Positions 38,805 to 48,690 are shown, numbered from the stretch's first letter. The stretch: DNA of 64,000 bases from a virus (IMGVR_UViG_3300036893_000013:48038-112037); one strand, 5' to 3'. The notes: generated by a model not told the origin, from the letters alone. Made by a program: numbers and translations.

Positions 38805-39236
38805 TTAGTTGTTTCCGTAGTTGTAATAATAAAGGCTTCCACAAGTACTACAGTTGTTTCCGTAGTTGTAATAATAAAGGCTTCCACAAGTACAGTAGTT
38901 TCCAGAACACCAACCGCAAGAGCAGGTAATATTTCCGGAGGAGGTAATATTTCCGGGAATACCAGAGAAAACACCCGGGAGGATATAAGATTTAGGAACA
39001 ATGAACTTATAATCTTCCGAAAACTGGTACCCAAACTCCCATCCCGATTTCTTTTCTATGTATTTATGTTGGATATAAGTATTCCAGTCGTCGGAAGCTT
39101 TTTGTGCTCTAACTAAATCATCATGTTTGTTTTTGCTGAGAACTTGATCCTGTGGGGATAGCTCTATTACTTTAGCCGTTTGAGCCGGAAGTATTGTACT
39201 CACCAGCAAAAATAGTATTTTTATCATTTTTGTCAT
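38805..39236 (-). CDS. Secreted protein with Cys/Tyr-rich duplicated C-terminus
   Basis: MIKILFLLVSTILPA|Q; TCGSLYYYNYGNN x2. Confidence 0.6.
   Translation of the reverse strand: MTKMIKILFLLVSTILPAQTAKVIELSPQDQVLSKNKHDDLVRAQKASDDWNTYIQHKYIEKKSGWEFGYQFSEDYKFIVPKSYILPGVFSGIPGNITSSGNITCSCGWCSGNYCTCGSLYYYNYGNNCSTCGSLYYYNYGNN
38807..38893. repeat. 42-bp perfect direct repeat, period 45
   Basis: 38807-38848 = 38852-38893. Confidence 0.9.
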
Positions 39237-39239
39237 CTG

Positions 39240-39566
39240 TTACATCCTCTGTAAATACATTCTTTGTATTGCAGACACAAACTCTACAATTTCTTTCTCA
39301 GTAGCTTTAGATTCCGGAAGCTGGAAAAATTCCGGGGAGTGTCCTTTTTGAACAACCACTATTATACCGTCAGGAACATGTACATCACGGGAAGCCGAAT
39401 ACTCTCGAAATCCATCTGCCAAAACCCAACGTTTTTTGTTCCCAGACTTAACCTCTATCCATTGTACACCATTTCGGTTAAGAAATCCACAGTCGGTAAC
39501 AGTAGCGATTTTTGAGGCGTTTTTTATACTGACAACCCGGTTTCCTATTTTGAACACTAAAACCAT
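39240..39566 (-). CDS. Hypothetical protein
   Basis: ORF track. Confidence 0.5.
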   Translation of the reverse strand: MVLVFKIGNRVVSIKNASKIATVTDCGFLNRNGVQWIEVKSGNKKRWVLADGFREYSASRDVHVPDGIIVVVQKGHSPEFFQLPESKATEKEIVEFVSAIQRMYLQRM

Positions 39567-39838
39567 CCCTTACTAGGAAGGAAGGGAAGGTCTCTAATCC
39601 CCGAAGCTCGGTCTTCTCTAACCGCTTGTATTTCTGCTATCACCAATTTCCTATCCTCTTTATTCTGTGGATCAGCTAGTTTGATAGAACCTTTACCACC
39701 CTCCCAATTCAACTTCTTTCCAAAGTATACACTAGCTTCAGTTTCAGTACCAAAATACACAAACTTTCCATATTCCGGAAATTCCATGATCCAGTATTCT
39801 GGTTTAGGATCGTCTTCTGGTAATTTAAATAAAGTCAT
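39557..39838 (-). CDS. Hypothetical protein, first gene of the leftward operon
   Basis: Directly behind promoter. Confidence 0.6.
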   Translation of the reverse strand: MTLFKLPEDDPKPEYWIMEFPEYGKFVYFGTETEASVYFGKKLNWEGGKGSIKLADPQNKEDRKLVIAEIQAVREDRASGIRDLPFLPSKGWF

Positions 39839-39843
39839 AATTT

Positions 39844-39872
39844 ATTATATCATTTTTTTGAAAATTTGTCAA
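39844..39872 (-). promoter_or_regulatory. Sigma70 promoter, leaderless
   Basis: TTGACA-17-TATAAT, 5 nt before ATG 39838. Confidence 0.85.
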
Positions 39873-40435
39873 AAAAATTTAGGGAGTAAGAGATATAAAA
39901 AAAGGAGGTGTTTTGGTCAGGTCAGGTAAACGCTGGCGTGCCGTGGCCGGGGGGCTTCCCCATACCCGTCTAGCCTAAAAAGGATGGTATCCCGCACGCT
40001 ACATAATCGTATGTCACGCAAAGCACTCATACTTAGCTCGCCTTGTAATTAACTGAGCTAGACAGCATAAATTATCCGCCTCACCCATAAGAATCTGGCG
40101 AGCTACCAGTCCAATATGGTCCTGTTTGCGCGGGATTGCGCGTAAACTCAATAGAATCAATCGCGTTTAGGAATCGCTGTAATGGCTTCACGCGAGAATG
40201 CGCGAGAATCGTTACAAACTGTAATGATTACAAGTCAGACACATATAGTTAATAGCTCAAGGTCAATCCGTATTGAATCGTTAACACTATTGTACCAGAC
40301 CGTGTAAAGCGTATTGAATCGATGTACTTTAAGCGTAATGATCGATTTTTGATCGATTCCGACCCGTATTGACCCGAAAAAAATTTATTCGGCCCTAGAA
40401 AATCGCTTTACCTATCGTTTTCCACAAGTGGGGTA

Positions 40436-40464
40436 TTGACACGTTTTCGGGAGTGGATTAGAGT
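40436..40464 (+). promoter_or_regulatory. Early promoter
   Basis: TTGACA-17-TAGAGT. Confidence 0.65.
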
Positions 40465-40530
40465 CGAAACACGTCAACCGAACGGTGACGAATTCATGGT
40501 AAAGCCTACCTTACAGGCAATGGAGAAAAC

Positions 40531-40923
40531 ATGACAATGACACTAGCAGAATCGCTCAAGAAAAACGAGGAATTACAGGCACGCATCGCAGAATTGGAGG
40601 CTGCCAAGGCCGGTCGCATCACAGTGAAGATGAGTGAGTTTGGTGGAGGTACCGTTTCAGTGTATGGTATTCGCCGGTTCCCGCTCAGTTTTTTCGCTGG
40701 GGAGTGGGCGAAGATCATCGCAGTTGGACCCGAAGTAGACGCATACATTGCAGCCCATTCCAATGAGCTACGGTGCGCAGCGTTTGCGAAGGAATACTGC
40801 GAGAAGTCGAAAGTCGAGTGGGATTCCAAAGACAAGGAAAACACCGCATACAAGGCGAAGTATGCAGAGGGATACGCGCAAGCGATCAAGAATCCCTCGC
40901 TGTTCTCTTCCAAGAGCAAGTAA
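40531..40923 (+). CDS. Hypothetical protein (VSVYG.xRFP...W family), monocistronic
   Basis: GGAG RBS, own promoter and terminator. Confidence 0.75.
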   Translation: MTMTLAESLKKNEELQARIAELEAAKAGRITVKMSEFGGGTVSVYGIRRFPLSFFAGEWAKIIAVGPEVDAYIAAHSNELRCAAFAKEYCEKSKVEWDSKDKENTAYKAKYAEGYAQAIKNPSLFSSKSK

Positions 40924-40942
40924 GTTGTTCCTGATTCACTCA

Positions 40943-40970
40943 GCCCACTCTTCGGAGTGGGCATTTTTTT
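40943..40970 (+). terminator. Intrinsic terminator
   Basis: GCCCACTC-TTCG-GAGTGGGC-ATTTTTTT. Confidence 0.9.
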
Positions 40971-41273
40971 GCTCAAAAATAAATCCGCTCTACCGTTTCC
41001 GCACGTTCTCCCGTCCTGTATTCGCCCCACTAAATCGCTTTTCTTTTCCCTGTAACGCATTTTCTCTCCATCGGTGGCACTCTCCATCCTTCCCAAACGA
41101 AGTAAATCGCTTTACTGACGATCTGAGCGCTGGTAATCGGTAATCCGATTACCTACAGATATTACTACTATGTCTGTGTGGGGGTTGTTGCGCAATACCT
41201 AATACCGCAGTTAAGTCTAGTATGATCAAGTATATACGTTCGGACACGGTTTCGTGCCGCAAAAAAAATTTTC

Positions 41274-41302
41274 TTGACACATTTTTCGGGCCGTGATACC
41301 GT
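41274..41302 (+). promoter_or_regulatory. Early promoter
   Basis: A/T tract, TTGACA-17-(TGn)TACCGT. Confidence 0.65.
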
Positions 41303-41336
41303 CGAGACGTGCGAAAATTTTTGCACCGGAGGATAC

Positions 41337-41810
41337 ATGGCACGCTACCTTTACAGCGAACTAGCTAGTGCAATACAGGCTAGACGTAATTGCTTGCGAT
41401 CAATGCAGGGTTTAAACCCTAACGCAGTATCAGCCAGTGTTGGTATGAAAGATAATGAGTTTCACAGATTGGAAGGTTGGGTTGATCGTTGGATTGAGTA
41501 TATCCAGCAGTTAACAAAGGACTTACCTTCCGGGGCTGGGTTTGACAACGGTACGAAGATCGACATAGATAGTAGTCATGCCGAGAAGCTGGTATTCACT
41601 ACTTCTTTCCATCACATGAATGAATTTGGGTTCTATGGGTGGACAGACCATGTGATTACAGTTACTCCTTCCTTCACTGGTATAAACCTACGTGTAACTG
41701 GACGTAACCATAATGGAATCAAGGAGTATATACTCGAAACATTCGAGTATGCTTTGACGCGCGAAACTAGTGTTAGTTTGCAGGGTATCATCTCAGAGGA
41801 GGGATTATGA
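41337..41810 (+). CDS. Hypothetical phage protein
   Basis: GGAGG RBS; LPSGAGFD..FHHMNE.G.Y. Confidence 0.7.
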   Translation: MARYLYSELASAIQARRNCLRSMQGLNPNAVSASVGMKDNEFHRLEGWVDRWIEYIQQLTKDLPSGAGFDNGTKIDIDSSHAEKLVFTTSFHHMNEFGFYGWTDHVITVTPSFTGINLRVTGRNHNGIKEYILETFEYALTRETSVSLQGIISEEGL

Positions 41811-41995
41811 CGCTAGAAGGAGCTAGGAAGGAAGCGCAACGTAGGGCTAACGTACTAGGTAATTCCTACATAGTATGTAAGTCCTTAACTGCGTTGGATA
41901 TACCAGAGGAGGATAGGTATATGGTTTGCTTAACGTTGCCTATTCATGCCACGCGCGTTGGGGAGCGTATCTACCCAGAAAGGAAGGAAGTATGA
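41807..41995 (+). CDS. Hypothetical protein
   Basis: RBS, ATGA coupling. Confidence 0.55.
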   Translation: MTLEGARKEAQRRANVLGNSYIVCKSLTALDIPEEDRYMVCLTLPIHATRVGERIYPERKEV

Positions 41996-42420
41996 CAATT
42001 CAAGAAGCAGCACAAACTGCATTGGATGTACAAGATGCGGTTAATCTATCGGCGGTGGCTAGGAGTCTAGTTTCAGTCCTAGATGTATTGTGGACTCAGG
42101 CTAGGGAGGAAGGGAAGGGTACTGACTATGTCAACACTCATCCCATAGTCACCTTGTTTCTGGACAAGCTAACAAGTCTTAACCACGGTGATGTTCTAAG
42201 TTGCTATCCTCTCGTAGAGGAGATGACTAAAAAGGTTGCCGTGCCGGATTGGATGACTGCTAAGCAAGTAGAAGCAGTTCACAATTTGTATACTCGGGAT
42301 AGACAGGGAGTATCGCGGGAGGAGTTTTTCCGGAAAGTGGAAAACTATGGTGACTACTGCGGGTTGTCGTGGTGTGGTATGTTCATTGGGATTGAGAAAG
42401 ACGGATACACTCACAGCTAG
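41992..42420 (+). CDS. Hypothetical protein
   Basis: Start moved to 41992; ends WCGMFIGIEKDGYTHS. Confidence 0.6.
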   Translation: MTIQEAAQTALDVQDAVNLSAVARSLVSVLDVLWTQAREEGKGTDYVNTHPIVTLFLDKLTSLNHGDVLSCYPLVEEMTKKVAVPDWMTAKQVEAVHNLYTRDRQGVSREEFFRKVENYGDYCGLSWCGMFIGIEKDGYTHS

Positions 42421-42429
42421 GAGGATGAA

Positions 42430-42705
42430 ATGCCGGTAACAATCCATGAGTTAGCAGTATATAGGGGCTTGAAGACGGAAGAAGATGGCTCCTATACAAT
42501 GGCGGATATAGAGGAAGTTGGATTGCCTCTATTGTCAGGTTGCGAGAACTGCGGTGCTTCGCTGGCCGCATATAACGCTTATCCCTCTACCACTGGATTC
42601 ATACGTTGTGCTGGTTGCATTGGTAGTCTAGGGTGGACAACAGTTGAGGAGGCTGCTATTGGGTTATTTAACATAGGAGAGGAAGATGGCAACCTATCAC
42701 ACTAA
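42430..42705 (+). CDS. Hypothetical CxxC protein
   Basis: GGAGG RBS; CENC..CAGC. Confidence 0.6.
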   Translation: MPVTIHELAVYRGLKTEEDGSYTMADIEEVGLPLLSGCENCGASLAAYNAYPSTTGFIRCAGCIGSLGWTTVEEAAIGLFNIGEEDGNLSH

Positions 42706-42831
42706 GCACCCATTTCAGCCGGGTCAGCTTACGCAGGTTTGGAATGGAAAAAAGCACGAATGGCAACCAAGTCCACATTTTTGTGTAGTATGTGGGCGTA
42801 AACAGGACCATGTTCTGCATGGAGGGAAAAA

Positions 42832-43137
42832 ATGAGTCTAGCAAGTATCAAGCGGCGGGCTGTTGTGGGAGCTAAACTCCAGATTGTCAGACATGACTGG
42901 CCCATGTTGCGGTTAAATCAAACCGAGGAGGAGTATCAGGCTAAGAGAGATGCTTTCTTTGCTGTACGAGAGATAGTCATCTCTAAGCCCACGGAAATAG
43001 GATTTAGGACGGGGGAGAAAATCTCGTATCTCTCTTGGCCTAAATCTAATGCCGTTAGAGAGACTGCTAATGGGTTTGATGTTGATTTGAAAGGAGATGG
43101 GGCTTTCAGTGAAATCATCTCGTATGAGTGGAGGTAA
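42832..43137 (+). CDS. Hypothetical protein
   Basis: GGAGG RBS. Confidence 0.6.
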   Translation: MSLASIKRRAVVGAKLQIVRHDWPMLRLNQTEEEYQAKRDAFFAVREIVISKPTEIGFRTGEKISYLSWPKSNAVRETANGFDVDLKGDGAFSEIISYEWR

Positions 43138-43138
43138 G

Positions 43139-43342
43139 ATGACAAGCAAACCAATTGAGTATGTAACCATGCCAGTGTCTACCCTGATGGCGTTGATTAC
43201 CATCAAGGATAACCAGTTAAAGCGGATTGTAGGAGATGACCCGGTTTCTGTCATTTCCCGCATAAAACTCCAACATGAGATAGACCAGCTAAGAACGGCT
43301 ATCTTAACAGGACAACAGGTTAACTGCATACCAGTGAAGTAA
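43139..43342 (+). CDS. Hypothetical protein
   Basis: GGAGG RBS, start moved to 43139. Confidence 0.5.
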   Translation: MTSKPIEYVTMPVSTLMALITIKDNQLKRIVGDDPVSVISRIKLQHEIDQLRTAILTGQQVNCIPVK

Positions 43343-43351
43343 GGAGGAGTC

Positions 43352-43945
43352 ATGAAAGTAGTTTTGACAACATCTTTTGGTCGGCTAAGAGCAGCCGGAG
43401 CGTGTTCTCTTAGATACAGACATCTAAGAAAAGCGCTAGGTGAGGAGGAGTATACTGATACTACTCCTATCAACTTACTAACAATACTCAAAACCAATGG
43501 ACTAAGCGATGCACTTTGGGCGATGTGTGCTACAAAACAGAATTGCGATAAAGTGTCTCGATTGATGGCTGCCGATTTCGCTGAATCGGTTCTATTCATC
43601 TGGGAGGCCGCGTATCCAGATGACAATAGACCAGCTATGGCTATCAAAGCAGCAAGGGATTTTGCCGAGGGGAAAATAACTGAAGAGGAGTTGTCAGCAG
43701 CATGGCCAGCAGCAGAGACAGCAGGGTTAGACTCGACGCCATCATGGGCAGCAAGAGCAGCAGCAAGAGCAGCAGCAAGAGCAGCATGGCCAGTACAAAG
43801 GCCAGCATGGGCAGCAGCAGAGACAGCAGGATGGGCAGCATCGGCAATAGGGAGGGAGAGGGAGCTAGCATTAGGTGCAGCAGCATGGGCAGCATCAGCA
43901 TCGGCACGGACCAAAATCTTCGAGAAGTATCTCTCGGAAGTATGA
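43352..43945 (+). CDS. Imm5-like domain protein with Ala/Trp repeats
   Basis: FAESVL.IWE..YPDDNRP..AI.AAR.FA.G; AARAAARAAARAAW. Confidence 0.7.
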   Translation: MKVVLTTSFGRLRAAGACSLRYRHLRKALGEEEYTDTTPINLLTILKTNGLSDALWAMCATKQNCDKVSRLMAADFAESVLFIWEAAYPDDNRPAMAIKAARDFAEGKITEEELSAAWPAAETAGLDSTPSWAARAAARAAARAAWPVQRPAWAAAETAGWAASAIGRERELALGAAAWAASASARTKIFEKYLSEV

Positions 43946-43985
43946 GGAATTTTCCAGTCCGGAAATTTATGAAAGGAGGAGGTAA

Positions 43986-44210
43986 ATGATCTTTCGAGTT
44001 CGTCAGAAACAGACATATTACGAGGATTTCGAGGTATCGGCTGTGAGTGCCTATGAAGCCATTGCGCTAGTAGACTCAGCTAGCGTCGAGTCTCTGGGTG
44101 CGCCGGAGTACCTTGAAACAACCAACACCTACATCCTTGCTGACGACGGCATATTTGCTGCCAAACATCAACCGGAGAATGCTACTCCAGATACTCCAGA
44201 AAGTGTGTAA
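43986..44210 (+). CDS. Hypothetical protein (paralog of 50386-50610)
   Basis: MIFRVRQKQTYYEDFEV..EAI. Confidence 0.7.
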   Translation: MIFRVRQKQTYYEDFEVSAVSAYEAIALVDSASVESLGAPEYLETTNTYILADDGIFAAKHQPENATPDTPESV

Positions 44211-44211
44211 C

Positions 44212-44490
44212 ATGGAAATCAAAACCATCATTCAGCCCCATCCCGGTAGTTTTCACAATACCCGGAAGTCCTATACGTTTAAGTCATTTAAGCGTGTGAA
44301 TCGAAACAACGTGGTTGGCTATCCGCCTGAATATGCCGTTATTAGCTTCTCAGACGGTAGAGTTGACCGAGTGGAGTATAAATCTCGCGCCGAGTATGAC
44401 GCTCACTTGCAGAAAGTTAAGCTGAAGCTGCAACTTCAGCATCAGAAGTCCGGTATTCAGCGCAAAGGTTGCGACTGTGGATACTGCTAG
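44212..44490 (+). CDS. Hypothetical protein
   Basis: Start moved to 44212. Confidence 0.5.
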   Translation: MEIKTIIQPHPGSFHNTRKSYTFKSFKRVNRNNVVGYPPEYAVISFSDGRVDRVEYKSRAEYDAHLQKVKLKLQLQHQKSGIQRKGCDCGYC

Positions 44491-44673
44491 AGTGTTAACT
44501 CTTCGCATTGGCGTACTAAATGGAGTTAAGCCTATTGGTGGTATTGAAAAAGTAGGTTTAGCTCCATTTCCGGCCCAAGGTGTCGAATGGGTTAACGTTA
44601 ACCGTACCGTGGTAGTGGCCACTAACTCTGTGTCTACTAGGATGGTATATGGTCCTTTCTGGGGGAGATTGAA

Positions 44674-44901
44674 ATGAAGGTTTACGTCATTTGGACTTTG
44701 GATGGTGGTCCTTTGGCTGTTGGAACAGACGAACAGGAAACATTTATCAGAGCTAGAGAGCTACTGGAAAATGGAGTTGAAAATGTTCGGATAGCCGAAA
44801 TTCTGATGAACAGTTACGCTCCTTGCGTTCACCGCGAGTGGTTTGTAGATTTGGCAGGTAATGTCAAATTACTAGGTAAGACTCAAAACCGGACTCAATG
44901 A
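44674..44901 (+). CDS. Hypothetical protein
   Basis: RBS, coupling. Confidence 0.5.
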   Translation: MKVYVIWTLDGGPLAVGTDEQETFIRARELLENGVENVRIAEILMNSYAPCVHREWFVDLAGNVKLLGKTQNRTQ

Positions 44902-44917
44902 GGGAGAAGGAGGAAGT

Positions 44918-45163
44918 ATGTTCAAACCAGACATGCAATACAGTTTCGAATTACAGGTAAGACTCGGTACTGTCGTTGTGGCTATTGTGATGGTCCAAGC
45001 GGACACACTCACCGAAGCTGTGCAGATTGCAAGCAAAAACATCTCCGTAGAACAAGTCGAAAAATTGATTCCTACGGAAGCTAAACGAAGAGAGTTACTA
45101 GATAAACTCCAGCAAATACAGCTTCCATATTATCCCCTGTGTGTTCCAACTGATACCGGATAG
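44918..45163 (+). CDS. Hypothetical protein
   Basis: AGGAGG RBS, followed by terminator. Confidence 0.6.
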   Translation: MFKPDMQYSFELQVRLGTVVVAIVMVQADTLTEAVQIASKNISVEQVEKLIPTEAKRRELLDKLQQIQLPYYPLCVPTDTG

Positions 45164-45187
45164 CTTGATCCAACATGCTTAGATCAT

Positions 45188-45214
45188 ACCCCTGCTTCGG
45201 CAGGGGTTTTCTTT
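45188..45214 (+). terminator. Intrinsic terminator
   Basis: ACCCCTGC-TTCG-GCAGGGGT-TTTCTTT. Confidence 0.85.
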
Positions 45215-45359
45215 GGCCCGAATGCCATGCCGCGCCTCGCATCTATACTGGTCAGCAACTTTGGCCCGCGCAAAAAAAAGTTTTCGACAGTTTTTGCGCG
45301 GCTGTGGAAAAGTCGCTCGGACCCGCAAGTAAATCGATTTACCTCGCAAAATTTTTCTC

Positions 45360-45388
45360 TTGACAGCCGCGCTCGGGTCCGGTACGAT
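45360..45388 (+). promoter_or_regulatory. Early promoter with upstream palindrome GTAAATCGATTTAC (45329-45342)
   Basis: TTGACA-17-TACGAT. Confidence 0.75.
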
Positions 45389-45696
45389 CGGATCGGCGCG
45401 CAAAATTTTTTGCGTAGGGAAGGAGGTAGCATAAATGCCCAGACTTTAGCTTTTCTTGGCATTAGAAGCCAGAATGTTAATACTGCCCAAATCTTGAATC
45501 TCATTCAAGAAGCGCTGGGCGGGGGTGATCATTTTTCCTTCCACTCTGAATGAGCACCATCATTCTGATCGAGATAGGCGCAAGGCTGAGATGCCTGTCG
45601 CATTCGCCTAATCGCAGAGGACACGGGCGAACCTGCCCGTGAAATGCGGAGTACCCAAGGGTACGCGGTTCCAATCCCGCATGAAAAGAGGTTTTT

Positions 45697-45840
45697 ATGA
45701 AATTGCGAGCGTTTCTCTTAGGGATGCGAGAATTCCGGCAAAGCTTTACCACGCGCATCGAAGGCGAAGCCGAAATGTCTTACGAATATGGACGCGAGTG
45801 GGCGCACCGTTTAACCTTTCGACGTTTCGAATCTCACTAA
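45697..45840 (+). CDS. Small hypothetical protein (47 aa)
   Basis: GAGG RBS; MKLRAFLLGMREFRQSFTT...YEYGREWAHRLT. Confidence 0.55.
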   Translation: MKLRAFLLGMREFRQSFTTRIEGEAEMSYEYGREWAHRLTFRRFESH

Positions 45841-45995
45841 ACATATCCGCACGATTCTTGAACTCTCCCGTTTTGGCTTCATGGTGGAGATGTTGTTTGT
45901 ATTGCGCTTGTTGAATCGACCAAGGAGGTGATGCTAAGCATATAGCAGGTAATGGTTTACCTGAAATCTCAACTAACAACTTTAGGAGAATCAAA

Positions 45996-46646
45996 ATGTT
46001 GGAAGTACAAGGTAGTAATGTCATCGTTGGGATTGACCGGTCTGGATCGATGGATACCAGAGATGTTGAAGGTCAGTCACGCTACAACTTTTTGAAAGAG
46101 AAGTTGATAGCATTTGTAGGAGAAGCAGTAAAGAGTGCGGCTAACAATCAGGTTACCGCAATCTTCTTCAGTAGCGGAATTCACGATTTAGTACTACGGA
46201 ATTCTTCCGACGCTGAAGCTGCTTTCAACAAGTACCCGGTAGGTGGTAGCACTGCCACCGATCTTGCGATAAACGAGGCTTTGCGTGTCTACAAGGCTAA
46301 CCCCTCAATCCCAGTTCTGTTCTTTTTGGTAACGGACGGTCATCCAGACGACCAAACTCTGGTTGATCGGGCCATCATCAATGTTACCAAGCAGATCACC
46401 CAACCGGAAGACTTCCGTATCATGATTCTGACAGTTGGTCAACGTGATGCGAATCTGACAGCATGGTTGGAACATCTGGATGCCGATTTGGGTCCTGCTG
46501 GAGCCAAGTACGATATTGTGGGGGTCAATAACCTGCAAGAAGTTGATTTCAAAGAGGCTGCGGCTGAACTAATTGCCAGCACAACTACAAACGATGAAGC
46601 TACAGCCGGTGCTACAGCAGGTAAGACAACCCACCGCATCGACTAA
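45996..46646 (+). CDS. von Willebrand factor A domain protein
   Basis: MIDAS DRSGSM, GGST, VTDG. Confidence 0.9.
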   Translation: MLEVQGSNVIVGIDRSGSMDTRDVEGQSRYNFLKEKLIAFVGEAVKSAANNQVTAIFFSSGIHDLVLRNSSDAEAAFNKYPVGGSTATDLAINEALRVYKANPSIPVLFFLVTDGHPDDQTLVDRAIINVTKQITQPEDFRIMILTVGQRDANLTAWLEHLDADLGPAGAKYDIVGVNNLQEVDFKEAAAELIASTTTNDEATAGATAGKTTHRID

Positions 46647-46835
46647 AATTAAACCGGGGGCTACTATGTAGCCCCCACCCAAAGGAGGTAAAATGAAAAT
46701 GAACCTAAGGTTGGCTAGGCTACTGGTTGCTATTGCTTGCTTGCTGGTTGCGAGTCTAGTTTTCAGAGTTAGCTCGTTTGTGATCGTTGCCCTTTTTTTA
46801 GGAGCTTTAGTTAGCTTTCTGGCGTGGAGGAAGTA

Positions 46836-47378
46836 ATGATTTTAGTATTCGTAGCCGTAGTCTTCTTGGATGTGATTTTATCGGGAGACAATGCCCTCGT
46901 AATCGGGGCTGCGGCTAATACTCTCCCCAAAACAGAACGGAATATAGCTATTGTATTCGGAATGGTGCTGGCTGCTGCGACTAGAATACTTCTTTCTTTA
47001 TTTGCTGTATCTCTACTACACTATAGGTTGGTAGGATTTGTAGCTGGTCTTACTCTTATGTTTGTTGATGGCATTCTACTTAAGGGTATAGTAGAGAATA
47101 ACTTACAAGCAAAGGAGCCGAAACAAGGAAAAACATTTTGGAACACTATTGGAATCATTGCCTTATCTGATATCAGTATGTCTCTCGATAACATTCTTGC
47201 TGTAGCAGGAGTAGCTAGAAATCATCCCGTCATAATGAGTTTAGGTTTGATATGCTCTATTGCTTTTGTAGGGTTTGGAGCAAAACTAGCCAGTTCTCTA
47301 CTGGAGAAGTGGAAGTTCTTAAATTGGGTAGCTTTTGTACTGATACTTTTCGTTGCTTTGGAGTTGATTTGGAGTTAA
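46836..47378 (+). CDS. terC: TerC family (YjbE-type) membrane protein
   Basis: DVILSGDNALVI, DISMSLDNILAVAG, multiple TM segments. Confidence 0.9.
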   Translation: MILVFVAVVFLDVILSGDNALVIGAAANTLPKTERNIAIVFGMVLAAATRILLSLFAVSLLHYRLVGFVAGLTLMFVDGILLKGIVENNLQAKEPKQGKTFWNTIGIIALSDISMSLDNILAVAGVARNHPVIMSLGLICSIAFVGFGAKLASSLLEKWKFLNWVAFVLILFVALELIWS

Positions 47379-47566
47379 GGAGGAGAAATGAGAAAGCAGG
47401 AACTGATCACTGAGATAGGGCAGGTAGTACATAACTGCTTGGAAGTAAACGACAACAAAACCGTTCACTATACTTGCGCTACGGTGTCAGGTAGACAGGC
47501 GAAGAATCCCATCATTACGGTTAAGATAGGGGGGATTTTGAGAACATGGACGATAGTGGAGGAAGA

Positions 47567-47794
47567 ATGCAAATAAGCATCGGGCAAATCTTAACTGACT
47601 CCGAAGTAGAAAAAGCAGTTGAGATATACAAGTCAGAAAGCACTCATGGATTTGCAAAGAAAGTTGCAGATCAGATTATCCGCCGCCCACAATTAGCCAG
47701 AATCAACGCGACTTTAGGCCAACAAAACGATCCTATGTACCTAGCATATTGTTTGGAATATGCTATAATCGTTGCTATCACTCGGGGAGGCTGA
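47567..47794 (+). CDS. Hypothetical protein
   Basis: RBS; GQQNDPMYLAY. Confidence 0.5.
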   Translation: MQISIGQILTDSEVEKAVEIYKSESTHGFAKKVADQIIRRPQLARINATLGQQNDPMYLAYCLEYAIIVAITRGG

Positions 47795-48297
47795 ATGAAA
47801 GGAAAACCGTTGGATACATGGCAGATATACTGCTTTTGTATTATAGGGGTTACGGGGATAACCACTATGGTATACGGCGGGCCGGTATGGTATTATGGCA
47901 TACCGTTAGCATTGTTGTGTTTCGTTGCTATGTTTGTGGATTTGAACAGGAGGAAGATGTAATGGAAATTGTTGCTTTGAAAAGGATGTCAAAAAAGAAC
48001 TTCATTCGCTTGCTGGAGATGTCAAAAAAGTATCACGATGGTAGGTATGGTAAGGTTAGAGGATGCTGTGATGATGCGATAGCTATCCGGGAGGCAGAAG
48101 AAGTATTGGAGGAACTTAACCCAAGAGAAGCACTGAATCGTGCTGTGAACCGTGCAATAATCGAGGGTTCGCCAATCTATGTCAATCAACCGGACTGTGG
48201 GCCTTGCGGAATGTTTCTGGATTCCGTATCTGATTCTACAGGGTTTAGCAGTTATGACCCTAATGACAACGGCAATCAACCGAGTTAAGGAGGAGTT

Positions 48298-48690
48298 ATG
48301 AAACTTTCAGAAGCCATTTTGTTGGGGGACACACTGAGGGAGAGGGCGTCCCATGACTACTTGTATACGTGCAATGGTAAGGTGTGCGGATGCGCTCTCG
48401 GAGGAGCCTTACTATCTAGTGGTTTTACTATGGCAGACTTCCGAATTTCCATTTCCGGAATGTCGCCAACTGACATTATTAGACGCTTCTGGCCTTGGTT
48501 TACTCCAGAACATAACCGGCACATATCAGTCAAGTTCAGTAAGGTTTGTAACGGCAAAATGAGTATGGAACAACTGGTTGACTATGTTCGTTCTATAGAA
48601 CCCGAAGAACGTGAAGAACTTGAAGAACCTGAAAGTGAAAAACTCGGAAAGGAGAGAAATGGACAAGAAACAGTTGTTGAAACTCGCTAA
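48298..48690 (+). CDS. Hypothetical protein, MKLSEAI...CALG family
   Basis: AGGAGG RBS; GCALGGAL. Confidence 0.65.
   Translation: MKLSEAILLGDTLRERASHDYLYTCNGKVCGCALGGALLSSGFTMADFRISISGMSPTDIIRRFWPWFTPEHNRHISVKFSKVCNGKMSMEQLVDYVRSIEPEEREELEEPESEKLGKERNGQETVVETR

Noticed and set aside
38807-38893. Possible DGR template/variable repeat pair
   Set aside because: The copies are identical and adjacent, with no adenine-specific differences and no reverse transcriptase in the window
40506-41096. 196-aa minus-strand ORF
   Set aside because: Antisense shadow of 40531-40923, which has promoter, RBS and terminator
41145-41243. Possible second MITE (TCAAGTATATA resembles the right TIR of the 63.5-kb cassette)
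   Set aside because: No convincing partner TIR or target-site duplication
42913-44016. 367-aa minus-strand ORF
   Set aside because: Antisense to well-formed plus-strand genes; kept open by GCA-rich codons
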